The notes: generated by a model not told the origin, from the sequence alone. Counted from the first letter of the whole stretch, positions 1 to 13,515 are shown. The stretch: DNA of 63,889 nt, filler included, from Collodictyon triciliatum (GCA_043381765.1; 5 parts of 5 records of this genome joined end to end with filler, not necessarily neighbours in it); one strand, 5' to 3'. Translations and numbers: made by a program.

Positions 1-225
1 TTTTATTTTTTGTTTTTATTTTTTGTTTTTATTTTTTGTTTTTATTTTTTGTTTTTATTTTTTGTTTTTATTTTTTGTTTTTATTTTTTGTTTTCATTTT
101 TGTTTTTATTTTTGTTTTTATTTTTGTTTTTATTTTTGTTTTTATTTTTGTTTTTATTTCTTATTTCTTGTTTCTTGTTTCTTGTTTCTTGTTTCTTATT
201 TCTTATTTCTTATTTCTTATTTTTA
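1..225. repeat. Compound T-rich minisatellite (13/12-mer TTTTGTTTTTATT grading to 7-mer TTTCTTR)
   Basis: Direct reading. Confidence 0.9.
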
Positions 226-539
226 TTATTCCGTCCTGTCTGGCTACCACCATTGCCGATGTGTTTGGTTTTGTGGTTGTGTGGTCTGTTGTGGATTCTT
301 TGTTCCAATTTGAAGGGTGGAAGTGACTTTATCTAATTTTCCTCTCGCCTCACGAAGTGAGTAGAAGTGTCCGCTTTGCTTCGCTACTCTTTGTGTAATT
401 ACTAGCTAGGGACTTTTGAAGTTGAGAAACCCAGCTGTAGGTTAATAAACTTTGTTTTTGATGAAGGCCCATCTCCATTATTTTTTATTTTTATTTTTGC
501 TTTTATGTCATTATTTTTTTTTAATATGTGTACAATAAG

Positions 540-939
540 GGAGGTGTTAGCTTTGGTTCGCTGGCCATTACCTGCTGCTGTAGTATATCTCCACTGATTT
601 CTGCACGGAGCTCACACGTGCCTAACCATGCGCAACGCTGTCCCAGTTTTTGCTACAAATATTCTTGAGGATAATCCCTATGACAAGACCACTGTTTCAC
701 GCCTCTCCGGAATACCAGTAGGTGTAATGAACAATTTGGAGCTACCCTTTCTTTCCATCATCCACTTTCGCCTCGTGATAGATGAAGATAGGTTCAACAG
801 TCTTCTTTTCATCTTCACAGCTCCTTCTGCAATTGATTTACCTTCTTTAGATCCCCATTCCCTTGTAATTACACCGTCAGTTACCCCTCGTGTTCTCACG
901 CGTCTACAGACCTCTGTGCCAGGAAGAAATTTAGGATAG
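540..939 (+). pseudogene. Pho80/P-type (cyclin U) cyclin-like exon interrupted by in-frame TGA at 595-597; probable pseudogene or sequencing error
   Basis: After an AAG acceptor at 539 the frame reads EVLALVRWPLPAAVVYLH*FLHG...FATNILEDNPYDKTTVSRLSGIPVGVMNNLELPFLSIIHFRLVIDEDRF. This matches the Pho80-like cyclin pattern (alvYldR ... A.K..eD..Y ... G+...mN.LEl.FL..l.F.L.v). Upstream exons not identified. Confidence 0.55.
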
Positions 940-2033
940 TGCAACCCCTATTTGATCTTTTCCTGTTGATTAAGAAAACATCTCATTCTAAGACCTACTA
1001 CACGATACAGAGACCTAATATTTATTATTATTATTATTGTTTCCTTTATTCGATTCAAGATGCAGCGAAGTTATACCAACATTCATGCCACATAAACAGC
1101 TATACATCCTAATTTTGCTAGAAACGCAAATCCTATCACCGAACTTTTCGAAACGATTCCCCTCTCACAACAAAGTGTCTCTGTGCAAAGTCATTTCTTG
1201 GAACGAATAGAAGGAAGCCGACAAACTTGACCCTGGGAAGAAGAAAAAAATTAAGACAGATACAAAACTATGTTTTTTTAACCCTCCTCTTGTTCTTGGT
1301 TTTTTTGTGTTTGCTCATCGGGTAAATCCAAATATGGTATTGAATCGTATCTCTAATTCTGGATACAATAATATTTATGTCCTAACCATGTAAATATACT
1401 CAATAAGGTCTAGTTTAAACAAAAATTTCAATAAATTATATAGATTATTTGGAATGAATAACCCTTTCCACATTTGCTACTGCTATTTGAAGCTGTAACT
1501 AGTTTATAGGGAGCATTTGCGTACTACCGGCGGCCTCGGCCAACTTCATGCAACCCAATCATGGGTTTTCATAATGTCATATATTCTAAATTAACCATAT
1601 TCTTTGAATCTCCGTCACAGACAAACTTTTTTCTTTGTTCCGCTCTGTCGCGAAAACTTCGTCATCAAGAATCAGCCCATCTCGCCAGCTTGGCCACTTC
1701 CTTGAGAAAACAAGTCCTCGGGCGAATCCTGGCCAATGGGACAAAATGCTCTACGGGCAGGCCAAGCAGCAGGACACACACGACAAGAATGGCCTCCTTC
1801 AGGCTTCTCTAGAGACTGCGCTGTTGAGTCAACGCTCGAGGGCTTAACCTCACTGCTTGGGCCTTTAGATGGCTGCTCAACCGCCCAACGAAACTCGCCT
1901 CCTTTTGCCAAACGGAGCGCGTCGCCTTTTTGTTTTCCTCACCTCCTTATTACTCAAAAGCACTCCTTGTTACATGCCTGGCTGCCCTGACAATACCACT
2001 TGTTCTAGGTTCGATCCCCTCCTTGTCTAGAGA

Positions 2034-3050
2034 ATGTCCTGCATCAAGTCCACTGCTGCTCTCTCTGTGAGGAATCTTCACAACCCTCCGTCTTTCTCTC
2101 TCTCTCTCTTTTTAGTTTAGTTTCTCTCTTTGGAGCACTTGATGACCTCCATTCCGTCCTTCTTCTCTCTCTCCTCATCCTTATTTCTTTTTGTGTGTCT
2201 TTCACTTTTTTGCAAACCAACCCCTTTGATTTTGTTGTTTATGTAAGGGATCTTTGTATTGCAGCACGACCTTGACTTTTTCTGGGCTCCTCTCTATTAT
2301 ACTGAGTCAGGATGAAGAACTCAAACTTTTTTTATTTGCTAGAAAAATGCCGCCAAAGCCCTTGGTCGCACTTACTCGTCTGGGAAGTTGCTGCCTTCTA
2401 TGAAAGAGCCCTTCCGCGTGTTTCCCTCTGGTTCGTTTCATGATCACACCTTCTTGCCGCACCCTGCTCTACTTGCACTTTTTCCTCAAATACATTTTTT
2501 TTGCTTCTACTTTATCTTCTACATATATTTATACTTCCACTTCCATCATCAAATTCATCTCCAGTCCCACGCTCACTTAAAGCGTCTTTCTCCCCACGCG
2601 TGTCCCACTCTTCCGATACTCTACGTATTTCACGATTAACACATGTTTAACTCTGTGACCATGCCTAAACGCCCTATTCCAACAATACTGGCCACAGAGA
2701 ACTACGTTGCCCAGCCTGCTTCCTTCTCGGCCAAGACACTTGCCTCTGGAACCCAAGTGGCCGTCGAGCATCGTCCCAGCCAGCCCTTCACCACTGTCTC
2801 CTTCTTTGTGAAGTCTGGCAGCCGTTTTGAGACGAACGCCACGAGTGGTAGTTCTCATCTGTTGAAGCGTCTTGCCTTCGCAGTAAGTAGAAATCTTCCC
2901 CACTCAGAATGTGCCACTGACACTTCGGATTCAGCCACTCAAACGGTCCCTCAACTGTCATACATAAATGTGTTATCTAATGAACGTTATTCTCATCATA
3001 TATTAATTTCCCCTCCCCCCTCCCCTCTCACTCTCACTCTCACTCTCACT

Positions 3051-3099
<49 letters not shown>

Positions 3100-5524
3100 G
3101 GCCTGACTTCTTCCCTGAATACTCTCATCTTAATTATTGAATTGCAGAGCACAACAAACCAAACCTCGTTCAAAATTGCTCGTGAGTTGGAGGGAATCTC
3201 GGCAAATCTGACCGTCAATAGCGGACGTGAGGTCATCCAATACTCTGTCGATGTTCTCCCTGAGAACACCGAGGCTGCCATCCGCATCGTTTCTGAGATT
3301 CTTCAGTCACCCAAGTAATACACGAAGCAGTCCATCTATGATAATGAAACAGAGCATGTATATCTGTGTATTACTTTTTTTTTCCGGTTAATAGGGACCA
3401 TATGAATTCAAGTCCGACAATGACCTGCATCCTGATGTCACATATATTAGACAGCTCTGACAAAGCATTATTTGACTATTCACAGGTTCGCCAACCACGA
3501 AGTCTCTGACGAAGTTGAGGTTCTCCGCCAAGAAGTGGCCGACTTGAAAGCCACCACACCCGCTGCATTTTTGGTTGACGCCTCCTACTCCACCGGGTTT
3601 TCGTCAGAGTCTCTGGGCCGCCCTCTCATTGCCTCAGATGCCGCCCTTGACGCTATTGATGCTGATGTATGGCTCTGTGTCCAGCCCCACTCGTCCCCGC
3701 TCATATCTTCTTTATTCACCCGATGCAATTTTTCCCTTAATCTTCCATTTAATACACAGCTTCGATCATAGTTTTTGCTCAATTCCCTCACAGGCTTCTG
3801 CTACACCTAACATGATTCAACTTTTCAAAATAGTTATATCCCTAATCATATTCGTGTATGTAATTCCTAGGCTGTCCGAAGCTTCCATTCGGCCACATAT
3901 CAGGCCCCCCGAGTTGTTGTTGTCAGCCGTGGACCAAAGAACGACGAAGTCTTTGAGGCCGTTGATAAGTACTTCGGGTCGGCCAAAGGGGATGCTGTCT
4001 CGACCCCATCAACACCCAAGTGAGTATGGAGAATTCGTGAAGTTAATACAGTTCCGCCGCAAAGCCTTCCTCCCTTTTCTTTTCGCATCATGACGCAAGT
4101 ATTCATCCAAAGTTTCATCCTGATTTGTCTAACAATACTCCTTTAGATACTACGGAGGTGAGTCCCGCTTGTCTCTTCCGTACGGAGCAACCGAGTTCAC
4201 TGTCTCCTTCCGAGGCGTTGGATTGAACTCTGCTGATGTATATGCTCAAGCTGTTCTGAAGGTTGAATTATTTACATTGTATTGGGCACGGCTAATAGTC
4301 GTGAAGTTATTTATTGAGATAGAGGCAAAGTCTATCTATCTCTTTACTCTTATTTCCGCAAAGTAGTTTGCATTCACTTCATAACAATCCTATTTGCGGG
4401 TGTATTTCGTTATGGCCGTGAAATGTGCAGAACTTATTTATTTCCCCAATGAAAAAAAAGACTCTTCTTGGAGGAGGAAAGAACTACTATAGCAACGAGG
4501 GACCTGGATACGGCTCTACCTCTCGAATCAACCTTAACGTTGTTGAGCCCAACGCCGCCTCTGTCATCACCGCCTCTGCCTTCCAAACACCCTACTCTGA
4601 CATTGGTGTATTCGGTGTCCACGCGGGTTGGTTTATTCTTTATTTCATTACCTTGTCTACCACAGCCCCAGTGTAGAATACTTCTGCACTGCATAGAATC
4701 AGTTTGACATAACTGAGACAGTAAAAAGAATATAATCTTTTTATCAACTTAAGCTTACTTTCCTTTCAAATATGACAACCTCAAGTGGCCAAGTCAGGAA
4801 CTGGTGCTGCTGTATCGAAGGCTCTTGCCCAGGAACTGAAACGCGCCAAAGCTGGCGACTTTAGTGATGAAGAGGTTAACCGCGCCAAGGCCATTGTGAG
4901 TGAAGACTGTATCTGTAACCCTACCGCTCTCTTCCTCTTCCTCCTCTCAACCTTCCCTTATATGCATGTATACAACCTTAATCATCATCATCACTATCAT
5001 CATCACTATCATCATCACTATCATCATCACTATCATCATCACTATCATCATCACCATCATCATCACCATCATCATCACCATCATCATCACCATCATCATC
5101 ACCATCATCATCACCATCATCACTATCATCTTCACCATCACCATCGTTATCACCATCACCACCATCACCTTTCCTTACCTTACCTCACTTTACTTTACTT
5201 TACTTTTTTTTCCAGGTCAAGGCAGCCGTCTTGTTCAACAGCGAGTCCAGCGCATCCACGTAAGACTATTTGCTAGCCACCATCTACATCTCCGGCATTT
5301 CGGTGCGCAGATGCACCCTGCCTTTCATATGCTTCCAAGGCAACGACCACCAGCCACCCACCGCCTACAAAGGCCTCCACACAGCAGCCACGCCAGAGAC
5401 TAACAAACACACGCATCTTATGCCCAACCGCACCAGCGTCTCTGACATCGGAGTCCAGCTGCTCCACACCAAGGCCTACAACACCCCCGCCGTTGTCGCC
5501 AGCAAGGTTTTCCACTGCCCATCG

Positions 5525-5597
<73 letters not shown>

Positions 5598-5774
5598 ATC
5601 CACACCGCTGCCTTGAGTGGCTGCTGACCCGCCCGAAAACACACCCGCCAGGTCGAAGCCGTCAGCACGGCCGATGTCAAGAAGGTCGCCTCGCACGTCC
5701 TCTCGTCTCCTGCGACCCTCGTGACTCTGGGCGACAGCACCGGCATTCCCCACCCAACCGAGTTCCTCCACTAA
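2034..5774 (+). CDS. Mitochondrial processing peptidase alpha / cytochrome bc1 Core-2 subunit (M16B, non-catalytic), about 12 exons
   Basis: Exons join in phase from ATG 2034 (MSCIKSTAALS|KNAAKALGRTYS, presequence-like). Motifs: FVKSGSRFE..GSSHLLKRLAF (no HxxEH), SLGRPL, YYGGESR, Gly-rich LLGGGKNYYSNEGPGYGSTSR, YSDIGVFGV, EEVNRAK. Ends IPHPTEFLH* (TAA 5772-5774). Confidence 0.9.
4981..5170. repeat. Intronic (CATCATCACYAT)n / (CAY)n repeat
   Basis: Inside MPP intron; source of the poly-His ORF. Confidence 0.9.
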
Positions 5775-6379
5775 GCGGGACTTTGCCGCCACGCCCGCCG
5801 ACACCCTCGAGAAAAACACCAGAAAAAAAAAAACGAAAAAGAATCCCCACCCGACAAAACCACGCACACGCGAGCAGACTAGCAGGCTGCCCAATCACTC
5901 CTTCTAGTCCTATGTGGCTGCCCGCCTCCCTGCAAGGCGGAGGGAAAACAAGGCCGGAGAAAAAAAGCGACCGAGAACAAAGCCAGAGTCGACAGCCGCG
6001 TGCCTGCACGGGATATTGGATGGGGATGTGCATGCCGAGCACAAAGCATCCTGGACAGCGGTCGACCCACAAAGGGCAATGGCGAAGATATCATTGGACG
6101 TGGGGCTTTTGCGTGCTCCCCTGTCTTGTCTTGCCGTAGGGAAGTGGATCAGATTCATCTCTGTGGGCATATATGCGTATGTCTGTGGAGACTCGCTGGC
6201 GGGGTTCTTCCTTGGCCAGAAAATGAGGGAAGGAAGGCGGGTCGCCGTATAAAGAGAAGTGTGGCCGAGGGAGAAAACGTGGTTGGACGGAGGCGCACGC
6301 GGGCCGAGGCACCTTGGGCCGCATTGTCCAAACTTCACTCCAGCCAAGCACCGAGCATTTTATATTTCAATTTACTTTC

Positions 6380-6506
6380 TTTTCTGTTTCTGTTTCTGTC
6401 TCTGTTTCTGTTTCTGTTTCTGTTTCTGTTTCTGTTTCTGTTTCTGTTTCTGTTTCTGTTTTTGTTTTTGTTTTTGTTTTTGTTTTTGTTTTTGTTTTTG
6501 TTTTTG
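6380..6506. repeat. (TTTCTG)n grading to (TTTTTG)n just upstream of the COQ8 ATG
   Basis: Direct reading. Confidence 0.9.
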
Positions 6507-6527
6507 CCTCGTGGAATTCAGACTGCG

Positions 6528-7454
6528 ATGCTGCGTGTCACAAGAAGATTTTATCGTACAAGTTGCTTTGCTCAACAGATGAACGGTCCGGATTCCTCGG
6601 TGCCACCCGCTTCAAGGTTCTTCAGCATCCCTTTTTCTTTTTCATTTTTTTCATTTTTGATTATTTTTTTTTCGGGTTTCCTATTTTTATTTGACATATC
6701 TTCGTCTCGCTACTTGCCGTGTCTCCTCCATGCAACACTCTCGGCTCACGCCTTTCTATATACGGAACGTGTAAATATACTTGCTAATGTGTCTGCTGGT
6801 AGGACTACTCCAACAAAGTCTAATCCCGTTCCAGAGTCACAGGCTGCGCGCTTGGTCCAGATTGGAAGTGAGTTTGTAGGTGAATAGAGATAGAGAGGGA
6901 CGTGTGACTAATCCTATTTCGTGGGCGATTTTCAGGTCTTGCATTTAGTGTCGGATTTCGAACAATTAGAGAGCTTGCCAGGCAGACACTAACGGGTCAA
7001 GAAAGTATGTTGTAATCTAATATGGAATATGAGCAAACTCCAAAATCCCCTCTACCTGTTCAATATAGTATTCACCAAAAATTCCAAAGACAACCACATA
7101 AGAAAGAAGCTGTTTGAGTGTTAGGCCTAAACATATAGCCTCTAAAAAATATTAAAAAAAAGTACATAGAACAATATAGCTTAGTGTACAGGAGCAATAT
7201 TAATTATACATTGACGCGATATGTGACTTATGACAAAACGGCCATAGCATCACTGAAGTCTGCTGCGATGAGCGAGCAAAATGTAGAAAAAATTGCGAAT
7301 GCTCTTTGCCAAATGAGAGGCGCTGCCCTAAAACTGGGACAAATGCTTTCGATTCAAGGTCTTTTACATTTTATTTGCGCAACTGCTGTGCCCTTTTTGT
7401 TTTGTCTTTGTCTAGTATTCTCTTTTCAATTTAGGTCAAAATTATACACGCTAA

Positions 7455-7546
<92 letters not shown>

Positions 7547-9695
7547 TACTATTACTACTACTTGTCAAAGTCAAGCTGATTTCGAAACCTAAAATGTTTG
7601 ACATTGTCTCAAAGATAAAACTCTACTTCCTCCTGAGTTACAAGCAGCATTATCAAAAGTTCGCCGAAGTGCAAACTCAATGCCATTAAATCAACTACAG
7701 GTAATTTATCAATTTAATCCACATAAAAAATTGTTGAAAGCAAGAATCATACAAACTTTCCCACAATCGTTCATACTTGTTCAGGAAGTTATGTCTAGTG
7801 AACTCGGGGAAAATTGGAAGGAATTATTTGAACATTTCGACGAAGTAGCTATTGCAGCAGCCTCTATTGGCCAAGTTCTGGATTTGTTTTGACTTTATTC
7901 ATTTGAATGGATTAAATATACTTCATTTTTTGTTTTCATATGTTCATATTTATTTATTTATTTATTTATTTTTTTAAAAGAAGGCACTGGAGATGTGACT
8001 TTTCAAAGTGAGGTTTAATTATTATTTTTTTTTTACAACTACATCAACTAGGTTCATCGGGCAACATTAAAAGCATCATCTGATAGAGAATGGACAAGAG
8101 CTGCTATTAAAATTCAGTATCCAGGAATAGCTCGGAGCATCGATAGCGATTTAAAAATGATTTCATCAATCCTAGCAAATGCAGGTTTTGCGCTCAGTAC
8201 ATACTATAAACCATTTAACAATCTGATTATGCAGAAAGAGAAATATGCTACGAAAAACAGTTATCAACTCCAAAAAAACGAACGGACATAGGCGTGCTTC
8301 CAAAAGGCATGTATATGAGCAATACTATCAGGGCGGCCCGTGAAGAACTCCTTCAAGAGACAGACTATGTGTTAGAAGCTTCATTGCAAGAACAATATGC
8401 GTATGAAATTAGAAAGATGAATATATTTTTTTCATCGAAATTACTATGTTTTCATTATATCATATGGCTAAGCAGTTTCATACCATTTTTTTTTCAAACA
8501 ATGCATGCAGGGAATCGTTGAAAAATATGTCAGACTTTATAGTACCTAGAATTGACAAAAGGCTAAGCTCCAAACGAGTCCTTACCATGGAATTTGCAGA
8601 CGGCATTCACCTGGAGGATGTTGTCTCTCTAGACCAAGATACTCGCAACAAAGTGAATGATTTAGAGGAATAAATACTAGACACTTATCCGTTCTATTTC
8701 TTTTCTTTTTTTTTAAAAAAAAAAAAAGACACATTTTCTGAATTATCCATATATTGATGGGTAACAATACATTCGTACTTCAATCCCTCACATCGAGCTC
8801 GCCTCATATTTCCAAAAGATTGGCGAAAAACTTTTGGACTTGTGCATGATTGAGTTATTTACACTCAACCTGATGCAAACCGACCCAAACTGGTCTAATT
8901 TTCTGTATCAACCAGATTCTGGAAAGGTTCGATGATATAATAATCTATTGTAACATACAATTACACACTTTTTCTTACTATAAAATTCATATGCAGATTG
9001 TACTTTTGGATTTCGGGGCAAGTCGGCGATACAATCCAGAATTTATCAGAGAATATTTGAGAATTGTGTATGGAGCGGCAAATAATGACAAGGAGGTCAT
9101 TATTGATGGTTCTATTAAGCTTGGTTTTCTAACCGGTGATGAGACGAAGGTTTGTTTATCTTTGTACGTCTACATCTCCTGTATTTCATTAATATGCCCC
9201 AAATTTTTCCAGACTTCTCCACGTAAACGCACATACACACATACACACATACACACATACACACAAACTCTCGCATTTCCCCTGTAAGATGGTGGCATGT
9301 AGGGAGAAAAGTAAAAGACAGATAAAAATACAGTTGCTGCTATACATAATGCGAATGGGAGTAGGTAATCACCACACTGTTTAAAACCTTCGCAGGGCAT
9401 GATTGAAGCACATGCACAGGCCGTCCTCGCACTTGGAGAACCCTTCCGGACAGACGCAGACTTTGATTGGGGAAAGCAGGAAATAACACGCAAGATTCAC
9501 GGTTTAATCCCTAAGATGCTCAGCGAGAGATTGACTCCGCCGCCGCAAGAAACCTATTCCATTCATCGAAAGTTGGCAGGTGCCTATTTGTTGTGCACCA
9601 AACTGCGCTCTGTCTTCCCACCCCGCAAGCTTCTGTTGGGCGCGTATGAAAAGTTCCAGAGAAAAGCTGCCCAATCCCATGGGCGTCCTCAATAA
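6528..9695 (+). CDS. COQ8: COQ8/ADCK3-type UbiB/ABC1 atypical kinase, multi-exon
   Basis: Presequence-like [11 protein letters not shown]. Motifs: [18 protein letters not shown] (KxGQ), [67 protein letters not shown]. Confidence 0.93.
7454..7561. repeat. Intronic (TAT)n microsatellite
   Basis: Direct reading; similar arrays at about 19024-19155, 30760-30870, 33137-33233, 36878-36926. Confidence 0.9.
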
Positions 9696-9705
9696 ATCCC
9701 TCCAT

Positions 9706-9822
9706 ATCAATCAATCAAACAATCAAATAATCAATCAAATAATCAATCAAATAATCAATCAAATAATCAATCAAATAATCAATCAATCAATCAATCAAAT
9801 AATCAATCAAATAATCAAACAA
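9706..9822. repeat. 12-mer (TCAAATAATCAA)n immediately after the COQ8 stop
   Basis: Direct reading. Confidence 0.85.
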
Positions 9823-9877
9823 TCTAAATGCCAACGCTATAAATTTGGATGGATTGATACTAGAAATATGGTTTACG

Positions 9878-9917
<40 letters not shown>

Positions 9918-10189
9918 TATATCGGCGTGTTTATTGTCCATGAGACGGGTGTAACAATATGTGTAAAGTTATAGGAATCAAGCAGACAGTGTTTGAAAGA
10001 ATAATATTGTTTGAAAGTATTCATGCAAAATGGGTGAGTGGGTGATTCAATGTGGTGGGGTACGGAAGCGCTCGATGCCTCTTGAAAGGGTATACAAGAC
10101 AATCTTTATTTGTATTTTTTTTTTCGCGAATCGGTCAACTCATGTGCGCAGGTTGATTCCTAACCTAATAAGAAATGCCATTGATGTTT

Positions 10190-11827
10190 TCATTTCTTCT
10201 TCCCTTTTCCTTTTCCTTTTCCTTTACCACGTTTCTTCTTGTTCTTTCGATTAAAGTTCTTCGTGCATATCTGACCGTTTGTTGGTTAGTCGTTTAAACA
10301 AAGAGGAACAAAGAAAATATAATTAAAATGATGCATGTTATTTCTTACAGTTTCCATCTGCGTTAATATGACTGAGCTCTCGACCCCTCCGTTATTTCCC
10401 GTCAACTTTACTGACAGGATATTGGTATTTGTCCTATTTTGATAAAGTAAACTACATCACTTACATGGCAAATGCAAACTAAAATCATATGCCATTAGAA
10501 TATCCAAGACATATATGGAGAAGATAAAGTGAAAAGGACACTAATTTGCGCCTTCGGTTGTAATTATTTTGATCCCGCACTTTCTTAAAGTTTTGTTTGG
10601 TTCAAAGTAAAAGGCACATATTCGTAACTAAAAGTAAAAGTAAGAATAATTCGCAATACCTAAGTGACTCTAGGATGATTTCAAGTCCTTCTTTTCCCAG
10701 CTTATTGCATTCCAAATTTAAAGATGTGAGACTCCTTCAATATAAGGAAAAATTAAATTTTCTCTTATAAAAAAAGGGGGACAAAAGTAGTCCATGATGG
10801 TGATTTTATTTGCGATAATGATGCTAGTGAGGATACAGCAAATATATAGATTCCCAGATAAAGAAGCAATTATATTATTCGTGATGTGGAAAGGTTGATC
10901 GATAAAATACTTATTCGTCCTGAGCGATTCAGCCAAGAATTTTGCACCTTCAGCGGTTATTTGATTTTCACCCAGATTTAAAGTTGTCAGTTCTCTTTGT
11001 TTCAGTAGCTTAGAAATCATATCCGCTCCAACATCCCCAATTTTATTGCATGCCAGGTTGACATTATTCAAGAATGGCTTCAACTTCAGAACCTCACAGA
11101 TGGGCCCAAAACCAATGTGCGTCAGCTCATTCTGGGCCAATGATATACTACATAAATCCAAAAAAATAAGTGAATTACAATATGCAAATAGGGGTGTACC
11201 AGTTTGCTGCTTATGATATAATAACCTTGATAGCGCGTAGTTCCTTGCAATCATGTCGGACAATTTTAATGCCACAACATCGTCAACTGAGCATCCGCTA
11301 AGATTAACTTCGGTAACCGTCAGTAAGTGGGGCGATTTGAGAACATCCGAAACCTAAGTCCAAAATGAAAGAAAAGAAAAGAAAATACCATAAGTATAAG
11401 AACGCAAACAAACAAAAGACCATGTGGCTGAAATATCCATCTAAAGGGAAGTAGAGGCATGTCTAGTAGTAAGAGGAAGAGGAAGAGGAAGAGGAAGAGG
11501 AAGAGGAAGAGGAAGAGGAAGAGGAAGAGGAAGGAGAAAGGAGAAAGGAGAAAGGATGAAGAGGAATAATTAAGAGGAATAATAGGAATTAAGGGAACTA
11601 CGGCAACAAATAGATATTATTATCAAACAATAGAAAACAGGGTATTCATGATTGTCTGGTACCAGCTGCAGCGGGCCAGCCGGTACTTTTGCGATCTCCT
11701 CTATGCTCGGAACTATGCGCTGACCAAAAGCCGGGGCAGATCGGGGCGGGACAAGCGGGACCCCATATGGCATCATTCCGCCGTTTCCAGCCGGGGCCGA
11801 AGCAGGGGGTGTTCTTGGGGTGGCCAT
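10190..11827 (-). CDS. Ribonuclease-inhibitor-type leucine-rich repeat protein with Lys/Gly C-terminal tail
   Basis: Pro-rich first exon from ATG 11827. Roughly 28-aa LRRs: VNLSGCSVDD, ISLAQNELTHIG, VNLACNKIGDVGA, LNLGENQITAEGA, LNLECNKLGKEG. Last exon ICTKNFNRKNKKKRGKGKGKGKGKKK* (TGA 10190-10192). Confidence 0.8.
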
Positions 11828-12409
11828 AATTCCTTTGCGCTGTTTAGTTTCCGTCTTTTAAAGCGTGCAGAATACAAATTCGACGGCGGTTCTAGTTTTC
11901 TTTTTGGACCTCACTTTTTCGCTTTTCCTTTTCTTTTTCTCATTCTTTGCCTTCTGTCCCGGCTGGCAGGTCGGTCAGAAAGGTTGTGTGTGTTTGGTGT
12001 TTGGAGATTTGTGATTCAGAAGTCTCGATCGTCCATAGAAGCCAAAACACTAAAGTTGGGTGTCCAATAATCTCCGCATTTGCATAAATGTAACGGACAT
12101 TGTTGTAAATAACATATACTTATTTGTAAGCACTTGTAAATATTTGAGTCCCAAAAGCTGGTCATAACGAATATAATAAATATATAATGTAATTTCCACA
12201 TTTGTAACTGGGAAGTAACCATTTCTGGCTCGCTGATTGATCTGGTTTCTTTGCTGTCGTTGATCGCGAAAGGTTGCGCAGCCAAATCAAGTCACCAACC
12301 ATAACAATATCACACCTGGCGCTGCGATTTTCCGAAGCGCAAGGCTCCTAACTGGAAGGATACCAGAGTTAACATTCATTTCTTCCTTCCTCCCTTCCCC
12401 CTTTCTCTC

Positions 12410-12421
12410 TCTTTTTCTTTT

Positions 12422-12481
<60 letters not shown>

Positions 12482-12485
12482 TCAT

Positions 12486-12564
<79 letters not shown>

Positions 12565-12565
12565 C

Positions 12566-12647
<82 letters not shown>
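12410..12647. repeat. (TTTC)n microsatellite
   Basis: Direct reading. Confidence 0.95.
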
Positions 12648-12648
<1 letters not shown>

Positions 12649-13016
12649 GCAACACTTGGTCACACATACACAGCGAAAGAAAAACTGAATGAGCTGGAAG
12701 TATAAATCGCCTTTGTGATATTTGGTGTGCTGCCAGATGTGCGATGTTGGCCTATTTTCTGTAGTAAAAAAATAAAATAAAAAAATCAACAAAATATAGC
12801 ACAAGACACAAACGCAAAGTGGCCATGCTTCCAACTCTTGCTGCGCGTAATACACTCCGCTTGGCCAATTAAGCAGCCTCTTGGAACGTGCATTTGTAAA
12901 AGGTTACTCAGAAAGAACCGGATATTTTCAAACCAATGAACCAAAAAAAGAAAAAAAGAAAAAGAAAAAGCCAAAAACAAACAAAAAAGCAAACAAAAAA
13001 ACCATAAAATAAATAG

Positions 13017-13515
13017 GACAACTATTCACAACACCCCTGTCCGCAACTACGATGGCTGGAGAGATGACGTTCGGGAATGTGAGTGCTGTCATCAGCTACA
13101 ATCTAGTCGTCACTGAAAATTACAACAGAAGAGAAAAACAATTGCATTAATTAGCAGTTTTGAGCTTCTCTCTCCTTTTGTTTTCAACTAAACTCAATAT
13201 CCTAGTGCTTGTCCGCTTCGACTGGGGAAGCATCGCAAAGCACACAGCCAATGTTGTCATTGTGGCATCATCCACATGCATAGCCTCGGCGTTGACTATA
13301 GGTGCGTTGGGCTTCATTCACCACTAAGCACAACTAACAAAGATATCACCACTTCGCTAGTGCGACTCGTCTGCCAAAACAATACCGGTCAAGAGAATCA
13401 AAGAATAAACATGAACAAAATGCACGTCGCAACGCAAAGTAATTGAAATGTGGTAGACATGAACATCTACCCAATCTGCTCAGGCGCAAAGGCAACAGCC
13501 TCATCTATCATATAA
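13017..13515 (+). CDS. Hypothetical small multi-exon protein with one hydrophobic segment (5' exons uncertain, probably about 12.7-12.85 kb)
   Basis: Four short GT-AG exons (13017-13078, 13206-13301, 13361-13387, 13457-13515) join in phase: TTIHNTPVRNYDGWRDDVRELLVRFDWGSIAKHTANVVIVASSTCIASALTIVRLVCQNNTDMNIYPICSGAKATASSII*. Confidence 0.45.

Noticed and set aside
10-336. Low-complexity ORFs (poly-F/L, poly-H, poly-Y, KERK, MNKH, RLF, DRDR etc.) throughout the track
   Set aside because: Translations of intronic or intergenic microsatellites, not coding.
595-597. Possible alternative genetic code (TGA reassigned)
   Set aside because: TGA, TAA and TAG all terminate confidently modelled genes here, Trp is TGG, and the conserved exons I traced contain no in-frame stops.
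5879-6351. Overlapping ORFs in the GC-rich MPP-COQ8 intergenic region (also 1561-1990)
   Set aside because: No recognisable motifs; open frames are expected at this GC content.
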